IMG/VR virus record: IMGVR_UViG_3300009347_000009
Coordinates: 511 to 64,510 of that record
Length of the DNA stretch: 64,000 bases
Direction: 5' to 3' (one strand)
Source: a virus
Shown: in pieces, positions 27,701-36,893 of the stretch
How positions within the stretch are numbered: the stretch's first letter is position 1
How the letters are laid out: every line of letters begins with the position of its first letter
The notes under the pieces: generated by a model
Told to the model about the DNA's origin: nothing
The model's input: the letters and a program-made list of their open reading frames with translations, nothing else
Databases searched by the model: none
Translations under genes and position numbers: made by a program

Positions 27701-30541
27701 TCAGCTACTCATGTGGTTTTTATGCCCGGCAGAGCCCCGGGCCAGCTTGTTCAACTTGTCCTTCCACGACTTCTTGGGCGGCGGCTTCTTCTCCCGCGGC
27801 GTGACCAGGAGCGAGAGCATCTGGCCGATCCACGCCATGGCATCGACGCAGTCGTCGTGTGCGCCGTTGGGGAAGCGCATCATCTCCGCCACCAGATCAG
27901 CCGTGGCGTTGCAGTTCTTGCGGAAGTGGACGAGGCCTTGCTGCATGCGGCCCTGAATCGAGCGGGCGCGGGCCACTTTGTCCCGGGTGCCGGGCTTGAG
28001 CTCCTCGATATAGAAGCTGGTCAGTCGCTCCTCGCGGATACGCTTGTCGAGAAACGGGCGCATGGTCATTTCGATGTGCCCGCGCTCCAGACCGGTAATG
28101 GCCGGGCGCCAGGTCTTGTAGACCTCCATGACCTTATCCACCAGCTCCATCGTGCCCCAGCGGCCAGCCTGAATGTCGACCACGTAGGTGCGATCGTGCC
28201 GGTCCACGCCGACCGTGACCCCTACCGAGCGGTCGTTCTGCTCCTTCTCACCGATCGCGAAGTCCCACGCGGTGTAGAAGTTCAGCTCACTGTAGGGCGG
28301 AATGTCCTGCGACCCATACCACTGGAACATCCCCTTGTTGAAGTAGTCACCGTCCTCGGGGGTCGGGTTCTGCTGGTACAGGGCCTGCCAGTCGCGGGGG
28401 CCGACAGCGCGCTTGATACGCTCCAGGGCCTCGGTGTCGTAACGCTCGGCGTGCAGCGGCTCGCCCCGCTTGCGGAACAGCTCGTCGTGCACGGCCTGCG
28501 CCGGATACTCGACCACGACCCACTCGTCACCCTCACCCTCGGCCTGCTTCTTGAGCAGTCGGCCGGCGAGGTCGTCGTCATGCCAGCGGGTCAGGATCAC
28601 CAGCACCCCGCCGCCCGGCGCCAGACGGGTGTACGCCGTCGAGGTGTACCAGTCCCAGACCGCATCGCGGTTGGTCTGGCTCTCTGCAGCGTCACGGTTT
28701 TTGACCGGGTCGTCGATTACGAGGCAGTTGTGGACGAGGACTCCGCCAGCGATGAAGTTCTCGGTGCTAGTTTGGAGGTCGACTACATCGAAGCCAGGGC
28801 CGTATAAACCTGCTTCCAGGTCGCCTGCGCAGACGCCGGCATCGCATGATACGAGGAATGGCACGTCCGACAGAGGCCGATCAGGTTCGCCATCACGTGG
28901 TTGGTCGAGTCGTGGTCGATATGATGCACTTCCGTCGCCCCAAACCGCATGCACTGCCGGCACAGATGATCCCGATGCAGGATGTGCGAGCGCATCTGTA
29001 GCCACTCGCCCTGGTAGGCGCTGTAGCCCTTCACTGATGTGTTGCGACGACTCTCCAGATAGCACCCGTGGGAGCAGAACTTCTGCCGCTTGCGCCCAGT
29101 CACCGGCGCTTTGCACGTCAGGCACTCGCGGGTCGTCTGCAGTGTTGCCCGTGTATGTGCCCGTCGGTGCAGCACGTAGCAGGTCTGGGAGCAGAACGCC
29201 AAGGTCGTGTCGCCGTTGCGCCGCTTCGCTTTCTCGTACTCCGACGCATTCCGGTCGAACGTCACTGCGCACTGAGCGCACTGCAGTCTGACCTTCGCCG
29301 TGGCGAGCTGCGTCGCGTAGCAATCGTTGCAGGTCTTCGCGTGCGGTGCCTTCGCTCCACCGCACTCGGGGCAGGTACGCTTCGCCGCTATCGGTAATCC
29401 GTTGCGGGCGCACAGTTGCGAGCAGAACGTCCGCTGCGGCGTTGCTGAGCTCGCCCGTTTGCGCAGGGCGTTCTGGTGCTCTTTCAGACGGCGCGGAAAC
29501 CCGACACCGCAGCACTCGCAGTGCAACCAGATCATCTGACGCATCGAGTTCGGCGGCGTGAATATAGCCCCGGTTTTTGGTCCAAACGCGATGGTCAGGC
29601 GTACAGACCAGGGCGCCGGAACGAACCAGCTCCGGTTTGCGGGTAGTAGATACAGCTTCGACCGTAGCCCAGACAGGCTGCCCTGATTCGTGGTCATACC
29701 CCAGTACCTCCTCGCCGACGCGGACCTGATTGGCCGGTATTTTACCGCGGCGCGTGGTTACTGACAATTGACTACTGACACAGTGAGCCCCTTTCCCGGT
29801 AATTGGCCCCCCTACCCCGGCTGCCGAATAACCGCCCGCTTGCGTCGTAAGCCACTGCTCGACCGACTGGCTGTCCCTGCTCACCACGCAGTCAGGGAAC
29901 ACCGCCGAGAAGCTCGGGTCCTTGACCAAGTCCCGCACCTTGCGCGAAAAGCCGTTGGCGAGGTCAGAACCATACGAACAGCCGATGAACTCGTGCTTCG
30001 GGTACCGGCCCAAGTGCCACGCGGGGAAGGAACGCGAGCCAATCTCCGATTTCCCGTGCCGCGGGGGCATGAAGATCATCAACCGGGGCGATTCTTTGGC
30101 CGCTACGGCCGCCGAGAACCACTCCAGCTTGTCGCAGATGTCCTTGTGGACCCAACCGGGCTCATAGGCGTCGTTGAAACGCAGGATGAAGGGCAGCAGG
30201 TGGTCACGGGCGAGCTGCCGGCGGGCCATTTCCTGCTTGGCGGCCTCTGCAGCGTCGAGTTCGCGCTCCTCCTGGGCCTTTTTGGCCTTCTGATCCTCGA
30301 TTTTCTTGAGTGCGGCGGCCTTTTTGACCCGGATTTCCGCATGCGCGCGGCGTTTTTCACGCAGTGGGTCGGGTTTGAGCTCTTTGACGGCCGATTTGGC
30401 CCTGACGGTGGTGTCTTCGGACTGTTTTGCCTGCGCGCAGTAGACGCAGAACCCTGCTCGGTTGAACAAGGTGGCGGGGTGATCAGTGTCGCATCCTGCG
30501 CAGTGCCGCATTTCCAGCGGCTTCGTGCGCGAAGTGATCAT
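27701..30541 (-). CDS. terL: Terminase large subunit, intein-containing
   Basis: Walker A MPPRHGKS; GGPITGKGAH|intein|CLVIDDP Walker B; LTRWHDDDLAG; nuclease WDFA and HDDCVDA. Confidence 0.95.
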   Translation of the reverse strand: MITSRTKPLEMRHCAGCDTDHPATLFNRAGFCVYCAQAKQSEDTTVRAKSAVKELKPDPLREKRRAHAEIRVKKAAALKKIEDQKAKKAQEERELDAAEAAKQEMARRQLARDHLLPFILRFNDAYEPGWVHKDICDKLEWFSAAVAAKESPRLMIFMPPRHGKSEIGSRSFPAWHLGRYPKHEFIGCSYGSDLANGFSRKVRDLVKDPSFSAVFPDCVVSRDSQSVEQWLTTQAGGYSAAGVGGPITGKGAHCVSSQLSVTTRRGKIPANQVRVGEEVLGYDHESGQPVWATVEAVSTTRKPELVRSGALVCTPDHRVWTKNRGYIHAAELDASDDLVALRVLRCRVSAPSERAPERPAQTGELSNAAADVLLATVRPQRITDSGEAYLPRVRWSEGTAREDLQRLLRDAARHGEGQTAVRSVRSDVRPECVGVRESEAAQRRHDLGVLLPDLLRAAPTGTYTGNTADDPRVPDVQSAGDWAQAAEVLLPRVLSGESSQHISEGLQRLPGRVATDALAHPASGSSVPAVHAVWGDGSASYRPRLDQPRDGEPDRPLSDVPFLVSCDAGVCAGDLEAGLYGPGFDVVDLQTSTENFIAGGVLVHNCLVIDDPVKNRDAAESQTNRDAVWDWYTSTAYTRLAPGGGVLVILTRWHDDDLAGRLLKKQAEGEGDEWVVVEYPAQAVHDELFRKRGEPLHAERYDTEALERIKRAVGPRDWQALYQQNPTPEDGDYFNKGMFQWYGSQDIPPYSELNFYTAWDFAIGEKEQNDRSVGVTVGVDRHDRTYVVDIQAGRWGTMELVDKVMEVYKTWRPAITGLERGHIEMTMRPFLDKRIREERLTSFYIEELKPGTRDKVARARSIQGRMQQGLVHFRKNCNATADLVAEMMRFPNGAHDDCVDAMAWIGQMLSLLVTPREKKPPPKKSWKDKLNKLARGSAGHKNHMSS
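28727..29782 (-). mobile_element. Intein (352 aa) in TerL, just before Walker B
   Basis: Block A CVSSQLSVTTRRG, block B CTPDHRVW, block F VVDLQT, block G NFIAGGVLVHN followed by +1 Cys. Confidence 0.92.
28783..29697 (-). CDS. Zinc-finger HNH endonuclease nested in +1 frame inside the TerL intein
   Basis: Multiple CxxC / FCSxxC zinc fingers; C-terminal RDHLCRQC...VHHIDHDSTNH..ANLIGLCRTCHSSYH; GAGGAGGT SD 8 nt before ATG 29697 (alternative ATGs 29544, 29535). Confidence 0.85.
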   Translation of the reverse strand: MTTNQGSLSGLRSKLYLLPANRSWFVPAPWSVRLTIAFGPKTGAIFTPPNSMRQMIWLHCECCGVGFPRRLKEHQNALRKRASSATPQRTFCSQLCARNGLPIAAKRTCPECGGAKAPHAKTCNDCYATQLATAKVRLQCAQCAVTFDRNASEYEKAKRRNGDTTLAFCSQTCYVLHRRAHTRATLQTTRECLTCKAPVTGRKRQKFCSHGCYLESRRNTSVKGYSAYQGEWLQMRSHILHRDHLCRQCMRFGATEVHHIDHDSTNHVMANLIGLCRTCHSSYHAMPASAQATWKQVYTALASM

Positions 30542-31062
30542 TCGAGGGTTTCAAACTCCCCTTCCAGCGGGTCGGGGGCCAGGGAATCGACCTTCAACCC
30601 GGCCAGACGCATCAGCTCCGACAGTGGCAGGTCCGCCAGCTGGCGAGCCGTGACAGTTTTCGGCACTTCGGTGGCCGGCGTGTCACCCAGCTTGTGCAGC
30701 TTCACCAGCGAATCGGTGGCCTTGACCATTTCCGCCGCCGTAGCCGAGCAGTGGTAGGCCTTCATGTACATCGCGTGGGCGTCCTCGATCCCGAAACGCA
30801 CGCGGGGGATCAAGTGCTCCGCGAGCTCGGCCTCGTAACGCTCGATGTACTGGCGGATCACGGGGTCCTTGTCCCACGCCTGACCGGTGTTCTTCCCGCA
30901 GCCGGCCTCCCGGGCAGCCGCCAAGATGCTCAGGCCGCCGACACGGGCGGCGACGAACATGCGCTGCTGGCTGGTGATGGCGGGCAGATCGAGCTGGCCG
31001 GTGCTTTCGTCGGCTTCGATGCTGGCCACCTGGGCCTCAAGGTCGAACAAGGGATCTTTCAT
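30538..31062 (-). CDS. terS: Terminase small subunit
   Basis: HTH-like ITSQQRMFVAARVGGLSILAAAREAG; directly upstream of and overlapping terL. Confidence 0.75.
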   Translation of the reverse strand: MKDPLFDLEAQVASIEADESTGQLDLPAITSQQRMFVAARVGGLSILAAAREAGCGKNTGQAWDKDPVIRQYIERYEAELAEHLIPRVRFGIEDAHAMYMKAYHCSATAAEMVKATDSLVKLHKLGDTPATEVPKTVTARQLADLPLSELMRLAGLKVDSLAPDPLEGEFETLE

Positions 31063-31123
31063 GGCGCACATTATCAGCCCTGCTGATACTCATTGGCAAC
31101 AGAAAGGCCCCGGAGGGCCTGTG

Positions 31124-31462
31124 CTACCGCCCGTAGATCAGATTGGGATCGTAGCTCAGGGGATTCCCCGCGGGGATTGCGGGGGTGACGCCCTGGTCGA
31201 CACGCATGCTCGACTCGTAGTCGTAGACGCGTAGGTTGTCGCCCGGCGAGGTCGCCTGATGGCGGAACACTTCGATCTGGCCGTTGTCGCGGACGTACAC
31301 GTCCTGGCGGGTCCCGTGATCCGGGGTCTGGGGATACGGGTCGACGCCCCCGCTGCACTCGCGAATCCAGTTGGTGGAGCCGGTGGCCATCCAGCTTTCG
31401 CAGGCGGCGTTGGCGGCGGGGGCTGCGAGAGCCAGGGCAAGGGCCAGAGGTCGAAGGTCCAT
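31124..31462 (-). CDS. Secreted protein with signal peptide
   Basis: MDLRPLALALALAAPAANA|A signal peptide, Cys pair. Confidence 0.6.
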   Translation of the reverse strand: MDLRPLALALALAAPAANAACESWMATGSTNWIRECSGGVDPYPQTPDHGTRQDVYVRDNGQIEVFRHQATSPGDNLRVYDYESSMRVDQGVTPAIPAGNPLSYDPNLIYGR

Positions 31463-31508
31463 GACGAAAAATTCCTAGAAATTTTTTGGGATTTGCTCTG
31501 GGGCAATT

Positions 31509-31590
31509 GTCGATCGTCGGGGGTCGATTTGTCGAGGGTCGAGTGTTGGGTGCCGAGTGTCGGGGGTTCCGGGTGCGAGGGGGGGGGGGT
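31509..31590. repeat. Degenerate heptamer array and G-run at the junction of the two arms
   Basis: GTCG-like cores at 31509, 31516, 31523, 31531, 31538, 31545, 31552, 31559, 31566, 31573, then a run of about 11 G. Confidence 0.65.
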
Positions 31591-31710
31591 ATGGGGTCTG
31601 CGGTTCGTGGGACTCCCAATTGGATTCGGGTTTCTGGTTCGCCCGTTTTCAAAATCCACCTCAAGGAACCTTGTTTCGACCCCCACCCGGGGGGTCTAGG
31701 AGCACTCGAT

Positions 31711-31959
31711 ATGTACGCAGCATCCAGCATCATCAGCCTCAACCTTGCACTCCTCGCCCTGTTCACCATCCCCGTGATGGGCGCAGCTGTATTGGGTGCG
31801 CTGCACCCCCTCACTATCCGCAACAAGTACAAGCGCATGAGTGCTGTGCGTGAGGCGAAGCGTGGGCTCTGGCTACTGGCCAAGGCCTACCTGTCGGTAG
31901 TGGGCTTTCTAGCGTTCTGCACGCTGGGCAGCCTGATCACCTGGAGCGCGGGCGTATGA
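31711..31959 (+). CDS. Two-TM membrane protein
   Basis: AGGAG SD, ATG 31711, two hydrophobic segments. Confidence 0.6.
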   Translation: MYAASSIISLNLALLALFTIPVMGAAVLGALHPLTIRNKYKRMSAVREAKRGLWLLAKAYLSVVGFLAFCTLGSLITWSAGV

Positions 31960-32105
31960 ACTACCTGCCTCTGATCCAGTACATCTGCGTCCTCTGGGCG
32001 CTGTGTCTGGTATCCCTCGTCTGGGATGCCAAAAGCAAAAAGCCTGAGCACCGCGCCAACGGTGCTCAGGCCACTCGTGTCACCAAAACCCAAACCACCA
32101 AGTAA
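31956..32105 (+). CDS. Small single-TM protein (49 aa)
   Basis: ATGA overlap with previous gene; MNYLPLIQYICVLWALCLVSLVW. Confidence 0.5.
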   Translation: MNYLPLIQYICVLWALCLVSLVWDAKSKKPEHRANGAQATRVTKTQTTK

Positions 32106-32122
32106 GAGAGAAGGAACACACC

Positions 32123-33631
32123 ATGAAAACTAACACCATCGCAAACGTAATCGCAACCGCTCGTGGCGTTGAAACCCTGCTGCCGATCGTCACCGGCCAA
32201 CAGTCGCTGGTCGAGTGGGCTCAGTCCATCGCTGGTGAGACTGTCACCACCAAGGCAGGGCGCGAGATTAGCGCCGCCCGCGCCACGCTCAACGGTGCCC
32301 AGTTCGCCATGACCAACATGGCCATGGCCCTGCGCTGTGCCACCGAGCTGGGTGCGCTGCCCTACACCCAGGCGGTGCGCGAAACCAAGCGCATCTACAA
32401 CGTGCTCGACGGTCTGCGCGTCGCCTTCGCCGGCGTGCGCAACGAGGCGCACCGCGAACTGGTGGTGGCTGAGGTTACCCTGTCGGTCAAGGATGGGGCG
32501 TTCAACGACCTGCAGAGCGAGCAGGACAATGAGCCCTACACCGAGCAAGAGCTGGTGGCCATGGGCCTCGACTGGGAGCAGATCGAGGAGTTCATGGAGC
32601 TGCAGGCCGCCAAGGTCAGCCTCGGGCAGTCGCACCTCATGGATAGCGATGGCAGCATGGCCGAGGACGAGGGGGAAATGATCGCGGCTGTGCACGATGC
32701 CACCCAGCTCTGGGACATGGAGCTGCGCGACATCAAGTACGCCGAGGGTGCGTGCGCTTCGGTGGCCTTGATCGGTAAGAACTGGCCGACCAGCAACGTC
32801 GCCTGGGGCATCGTAGTCGAGCGCCTCGCCGACACCTGGGACGCATCCATCGAGTATGCCGACGACAAGGAAGCGGCGATCAAGAAGGTGGAGCGTCGTG
32901 CCGCTGCCCTCGCCGATCTGCACGCCAAGCCGGTGATGGCCCGCTGGGTGATCAACCACGTCACTCGCAGGGTGTTCCGCGATCTGGTGATGCTCGACCT
33001 CAAGGCCGAGGACGTGCAGGAGCGTTGGGACTGGGCCGAGCGTCAGGCGTTCAACGAGGAGCGCTACAACGTCCCGGGTCGTGCCACTCGCCGCAACATG
33101 GGCGAGCAGGTCGAGTCCGAGCGCAAGGCGTTTCTGTACTACGAGGAGCTCAATGAGGCCGAGCTGGGCGCCGGCAGTGCTTACGCCCGCATGGACGAGA
33201 ACGGTGTGGTGCTGCGCAGCACCATGAACACCGCGATGACGCTCGCCCACAAAGAGGGCGACGTCGATAACTGGGCAACCATGATGGATACCCACGAGGA
33301 GGACGTGGATGCTGCCATCAACCGCGACCGTCGCTGGTACGCGGCACAGCTCGAAGCCATCGAGGGCATCAAGGCCAAGCTAAACCCGCTCTACAAGGAG
33401 CTGCGTGCCCTGGACCTGTCGCTGGCCAAGGTGTGGGAAATCTTCGCCGATGAAGGTCGCCCATCGCACCCGCCGGTGTACTGGAACATGGACCAGGCGT
33501 TCCAGGACGCGGAGCAAGCCAAGGCCGCCATCCGCATCGAGGCCGCAATGGCCAAGCAGAAGGCCCGCGAGGCTGAGGGCGACGCTCTCGTGAAAGCAGC
33601 CGCAATGGTTGCAGAGATGCTGGGCCTGTAA
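32123..33631 (+). CDS. Hypothetical early protein (502 aa, helical)
   Basis: AAGGA SD, strong codon bias. Confidence 0.75.
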   Translation: MKTNTIANVIATARGVETLLPIVTGQQSLVEWAQSIAGETVTTKAGREISAARATLNGAQFAMTNMAMALRCATELGALPYTQAVRETKRIYNVLDGLRVAFAGVRNEAHRELVVAEVTLSVKDGAFNDLQSEQDNEPYTEQELVAMGLDWEQIEEFMELQAAKVSLGQSHLMDSDGSMAEDEGEMIAAVHDATQLWDMELRDIKYAEGACASVALIGKNWPTSNVAWGIVVERLADTWDASIEYADDKEAAIKKVERRAAALADLHAKPVMARWVINHVTRRVFRDLVMLDLKAEDVQERWDWAERQAFNEERYNVPGRATRRNMGEQVESERKAFLYYEELNEAELGAGSAYARMDENGVVLRSTMNTAMTLAHKEGDVDNWATMMDTHEEDVDAAINRDRRWYAAQLEAIEGIKAKLNPLYKELRALDLSLAKVWEIFADEGRPSHPPVYWNMDQAFQDAEQAKAAIRIEAAMAKQKAREAEGDALVKAAAMVAEMLGL

Positions 33632-33683
33632 CACCCACTGCGCCGGGGGCAATCCCGCCCCCGGCCTTCCAAGGAGCAACACC

Positions 33684-34097
33684 ATGGACATCAAAGAAAT
33701 GATGGCAGCTGCTGCTGCCCGTAACAAAGCGCGCCGCGAGGCTGTGGAAGCAGCCCTCAAAGTCACCCCCGTTACCCCGGCCAAGCCACGCCTGCGTGTG
33801 TACGCCGGCCAGCTGGTCACCGAGGCCATGGTCAAGATGGCCCTCGGCCTCGAAACCTTCGCGCAGAAGCTCGCCCGCTGGGCTGAGTCCAAACGTGAAG
33901 CCCACGTGGACGGGGGCGCTTGCCCCCACTGCAACGGGACCGGTCGCTACCGGTTCCATACCGATGCCACCCGCAACGAGAAGTGCTATCGCTGCGACGG
34001 CAAGGGGCGCATCAACCAGAAGGATCTGGCCTACCTCGACCGTCGGATCAAGGGGGCCGGTCCTGTCTGCTGGGTAGTCGCGGCGCCGGCTGCCTGA
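33684..34097 (+). CDS. DnaJ-type zinc-finger protein
   Basis: CPHCNGTG and CYRCDGKG (CxxCxGxG) repeats; AAGGAG SD. Confidence 0.75.
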   Translation: MDIKEMMAAAAARNKARREAVEAALKVTPVTPAKPRLRVYAGQLVTEAMVKMALGLETFAQKLARWAESKREAHVDGGACPHCNGTGRYRFHTDATRNEKCYRCDGKGRINQKDLAYLDRRIKGAGPVCWVVAAPAA

Positions 34098-34241
34098 GTG
34101 CCGGATAAACCCATCCCCTGACCAAGAGCTGCGTCAGCGTCGGCGTCTGCGTCTGCGGCTGCGTCTTGTCATGTGATGGCATCAGGTATGAGTGGATTCC
34201 ACGAGTCCATTGATACGTGCTGGCACGCTGGCAAGCATCAC

Positions 34242-34305
34242 GGGACAAGGGTCACAGGGCACTCGGCACTCGACACTGGAACCCGGAACGAAGAACCCGA
34301 GTCAC
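34242..34305. repeat. Second degenerate heptamer array, inverted relative to 31509-31580
   Basis: GGGCACT CGGCACT CGACACT GGAACCC GGAACGA AGAACCC. Confidence 0.6.
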
Positions 34306-34337
34306 TGCAACCGAGAACAACCAACGAGGGAATCCAC

Positions 34338-34586
34338 ATGAAAGTACTGGTACTGAACGAGTGCATCCGAGACGCGCGTGGCAGCGTGAAGACCATCGGC
34401 CAGCTGATCACCGTGGAGGCCGCTGCCTTGGCCTTCAACCGGGCGATCCAGGACATGGATCACTTGGCCATCCGCCAGTGCATGCGTGAGCTGTTCGCCT
34501 CGCTGGGCTGGCCGTGGGGGCGCTGGATGGTCGAAGCGACCCATGACTGGCCCACTTGGCCGGCGAATCGCTTGGCCCGGGTCTAA
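34338..34586 (+). CDS. Hypothetical protein
   Basis: GAGGG SD, ATG 34338, 82 aa. Confidence 0.6.
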   Translation: MKVLVLNECIRDARGSVKTIGQLITVEAAALAFNRAIQDMDHLAIRQCMRELFASLGWPWGRWMVEATHDWPTWPANRLARV

Positions 34587-34769
34587 GGGCCCTCGTTGAC
34601 TGCCACGGGGCCGAAGGTCCCTCGGCAATGAGAACGATTCCCGTGTCGAGGGCTGCTTGACGCGGGGCTCAGAAAAAGTGACCCTTGGCTCCACTAAATG
34701 ACTAAATGACCGTCTACGGTCACAATTGGTCATTTTTTGATCTGTCGAGGGTCAATCGGCCCGGGGCCC

Positions 34770-35235
34770 GGGAAAAAAGGTGGCCCGACGAGGGAAAAGG
34801 GCCAAAAGTCGGGCCACCCGGAAACCCGCGTCCTAGAGCGGTCGCCGGGAAAAAGGTGGCCCGTGGGTGGCCCGAGGTGGCTCGACGTTTTCCCGCCGGG
34901 CCACCGCTGAAACCCGCGTGCTAGAGCGGCTGCTTGGTCATGGGTGGCCGAGGTGGCCGAGATTTTTTCGACTTTGGGGTAGCCGCTCCAGATCGACCTT
35001 TTTGCACGCGATTCCTCACGATGGTGCGGCACCCTCACGGGTGGCATCTTTTGTTCACTTGTGCGATTTACCCCCGGAAAGTAAGAAAATAGAGCCACCT
35101 TGGCCACCTTTCCCCTACAGCCCTAGTGCCACGGGGCTTTCAGAGGTGGCCCGGGTCAATTTTCACGGGCCACCCGGCGGGCCACCTCGGGCCACCTTTT
35201 TCGCACCAACCGCTCTAGCTCGCGGGTTTCAGGCC
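34770..35235. repeat. Candidate replication origin: GGTGGCC iteron-like repeats in a large inverted arrangement
   Basis: Non-coding; more than 12 GGTGGC(C/T)/GGCCACC copies; GAAACCCGCG..CTAGAGCGG at about 34821 and 34909, inverted at about 35210-35231. Confidence 0.6.
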
Positions 35236-35321
35236 GATTTTCCCCAACGCACAACATCACACTATCCGAACATCAGCTGCGCTGATATATTAGCACCGCT
35301 GATCGACAAGGAGCGCCCGCC

Positions 35322-35702
35322 ATGATCCACCCGTCCTACATCGCCCGCAAATTGGCCCTCAACGATGAAGGCCGCCTCGTGTGGCGCCTCAGCCCGCGCA
35401 AGGGCCGCCTCGCAGCCCACGACCGGGGCGCGGGCCCAATGGTAAAGCTCCTGGGGCACGACTACCCCGAACCCGTGGTGATCGACGCGCTGAACAAAGG
35501 CCTCGGGTTGGAGGGCCCCGCGGCGCAGAAAAAGAGGCGCCTTTCAGTCACAGGGGAACGCGGGGTCACGCTGCAAACCGGCACCCAGAAATACCGCGCC
35601 GCCGTCTATGCCGACGGGCAGCACAACTACCTCGGTCTTTTCCCCACCCTGGAAGACGCCATTGCCGCGCGTGACGAGTTCATCCGCCGCAACAACCTCT
35701 GA
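35322..35702 (+). CDS. AP2-domain DNA-binding protein without HNH motif
   Basis: GERGVT...KYRAAVYADGQHNYLGLFPTLEDAIAAR. Confidence 0.7.
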   Translation: MIHPSYIARKLALNDEGRLVWRLSPRKGRLAAHDRGAGPMVKLLGHDYPEPVVIDALNKGLGLEGPAAQKKRRLSVTGERGVTLQTGTQKYRAAVYADGQHNYLGLFPTLEDAIAARDEFIRRNNL

Positions 35703-35728
35703 ACGATCAACCAACGAAGGAACTCGCA

Positions 35729-36073
35729 ATGCAGCTTGCCAATTTAACTCCGCATAGCCTCAACCTCTACACCCCGACCGGCGTTGTCGAGGTCCCGGCC
35801 AGTGGCCAGTTGGCCCGGGTTCGCTCGACAAGCGAAGTGGCTGGCGAGGTCATCGGTATGCCGGTGGTTCGCGCCTCATTCGAGCCGGTGACCGGGCTAC
35901 CCGAACCTCGCCCAAACACCTTCTACCTCGTGAGCACGCTGGTGCTCACCGCGCTGCGTGCAGAGGGTGTGCACCGTGATGACCTGCTCGCCCCAGGCAC
36001 CGGGCCAAACGATGGCGCGGTGCGCAATGCACAAGGCCAAGTGATGGGTGTAACCCGTCTCGTGACCATGTAA
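35729..36073 (+). CDS. Conserved hypothetical phage protein
   Basis: NLTPH...GLPEP...YLVS...RDDLLAPGTG. Confidence 0.75.
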   Translation: MQLANLTPHSLNLYTPTGVVEVPASGQLARVRSTSEVAGEVIGMPVVRASFEPVTGLPEPRPNTFYLVSTLVLTALRAEGVHRDDLLAPGTGPNDGAVRNAQGQVMGVTRLVTM

Positions 36074-36097
36074 CCAACTGAAAAAGGAATCTCAACC

Positions 36098-36355
36098 ATG
36101 GCTCGTGTGATCCATCGGCGCACGCCCCTGCGCGAGCAGGACCTGCGCAAGTTCCAGTTCATCTACACGGTGCGCGAGGCCTGTGCCCCGGAAGGCTTGC
36201 CCAAGCGCAAGACCGCCACCGTGTTCGGGCTGAACCAGCTCGATGCTGATGTGCGCCTGCACCAGCGGGAGCGCAAGGCCGGCAACCAGATCCACGCGGT
36301 GATCAACGTGATCGCCGTGGCCAAAACCCTCAACGGACTAACTAAGGTAATTTGA
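36098..36355 (+). CDS. Hypothetical protein
   Basis: AAGGA SD, 85 aa. Confidence 0.65.
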   Translation: MARVIHRRTPLREQDLRKFQFIYTVREACAPEGLPKRKTATVFGLNQLDADVRLHQRERKAGNQIHAVINVIAVAKTLNGLTKVI

Positions 36356-36357
36356 TC

Positions 36358-36690
36358 ATGGGACTCGACTGCTTCGTAAACGCCAAACCACGCCCAGACA
36401 GCGAGCTGTCCACCGAGCTCTGGTACGGGCGCAAGACCAACGAAATCCACGGCTTCTTCCAGCGCTACTTCACCGACGGTGACAACTGCGTGGAACTGGA
36501 GCTGACCGATGAAATGCTCGACGAGCTGATGGAGCTCGCGTCACGGGGCGAATTGGCCCACACCTCGGGCTTCTTCTTCGGTGGTGCCAACGACCGGGAC
36601 TATCTGCTCCGCACCGTGTCGGAGCTGGTGACCAACGCCAAGAAGGCGCTGGCCGATGGTGACTACGTCTACTACATGGCGTGGTACTGA
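36358..36690 (+). CDS. Conserved hypothetical phage protein
   Basis: MGLD...WYGRKTNEIHGFF...DNC...GFFFG...VYYMAW. Confidence 0.75.
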   Translation: MGLDCFVNAKPRPDSELSTELWYGRKTNEIHGFFQRYFTDGDNCVELELTDEMLDELMELASRGELAHTSGFFFGGANDRDYLLRTVSELVTNAKKALADGDYVYYMAWY

Positions 36691-36692
36691 CC

Positions 36693-36893
36693 ATGGCCTA
36701 CGACCCCTTCGAAGGTTACTGGCTGCTCACGTTCGAGCTGGCCGACGACCCGAACAACGAGCGTGAGGAGTTCGTGGCCGATCTGGCCGAGGCGCGTGCC
36801 CATTTGCGCCAGTACCCCAGCCACATGATCACCTGGGCCGAGCTGCATGACGGCCAGGGGAACCTGATCACCGACAAACAGGTGTTGGTATGA
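36693..36893 (+). CDS. Hypothetical protein
   Basis: Coupled ORF, phage codon usage. Confidence 0.6.
   Translation: MAYDPFEGYWLLTFELADDPNNEREEFVADLAEARAHLRQYPSHMITWAELHDGQGNLITDKQVLV

Noticed and set aside
34131..34168. Short GCGTC(T/G/A) hexamer run
   Set aside because: Too short and degenerate to support a function
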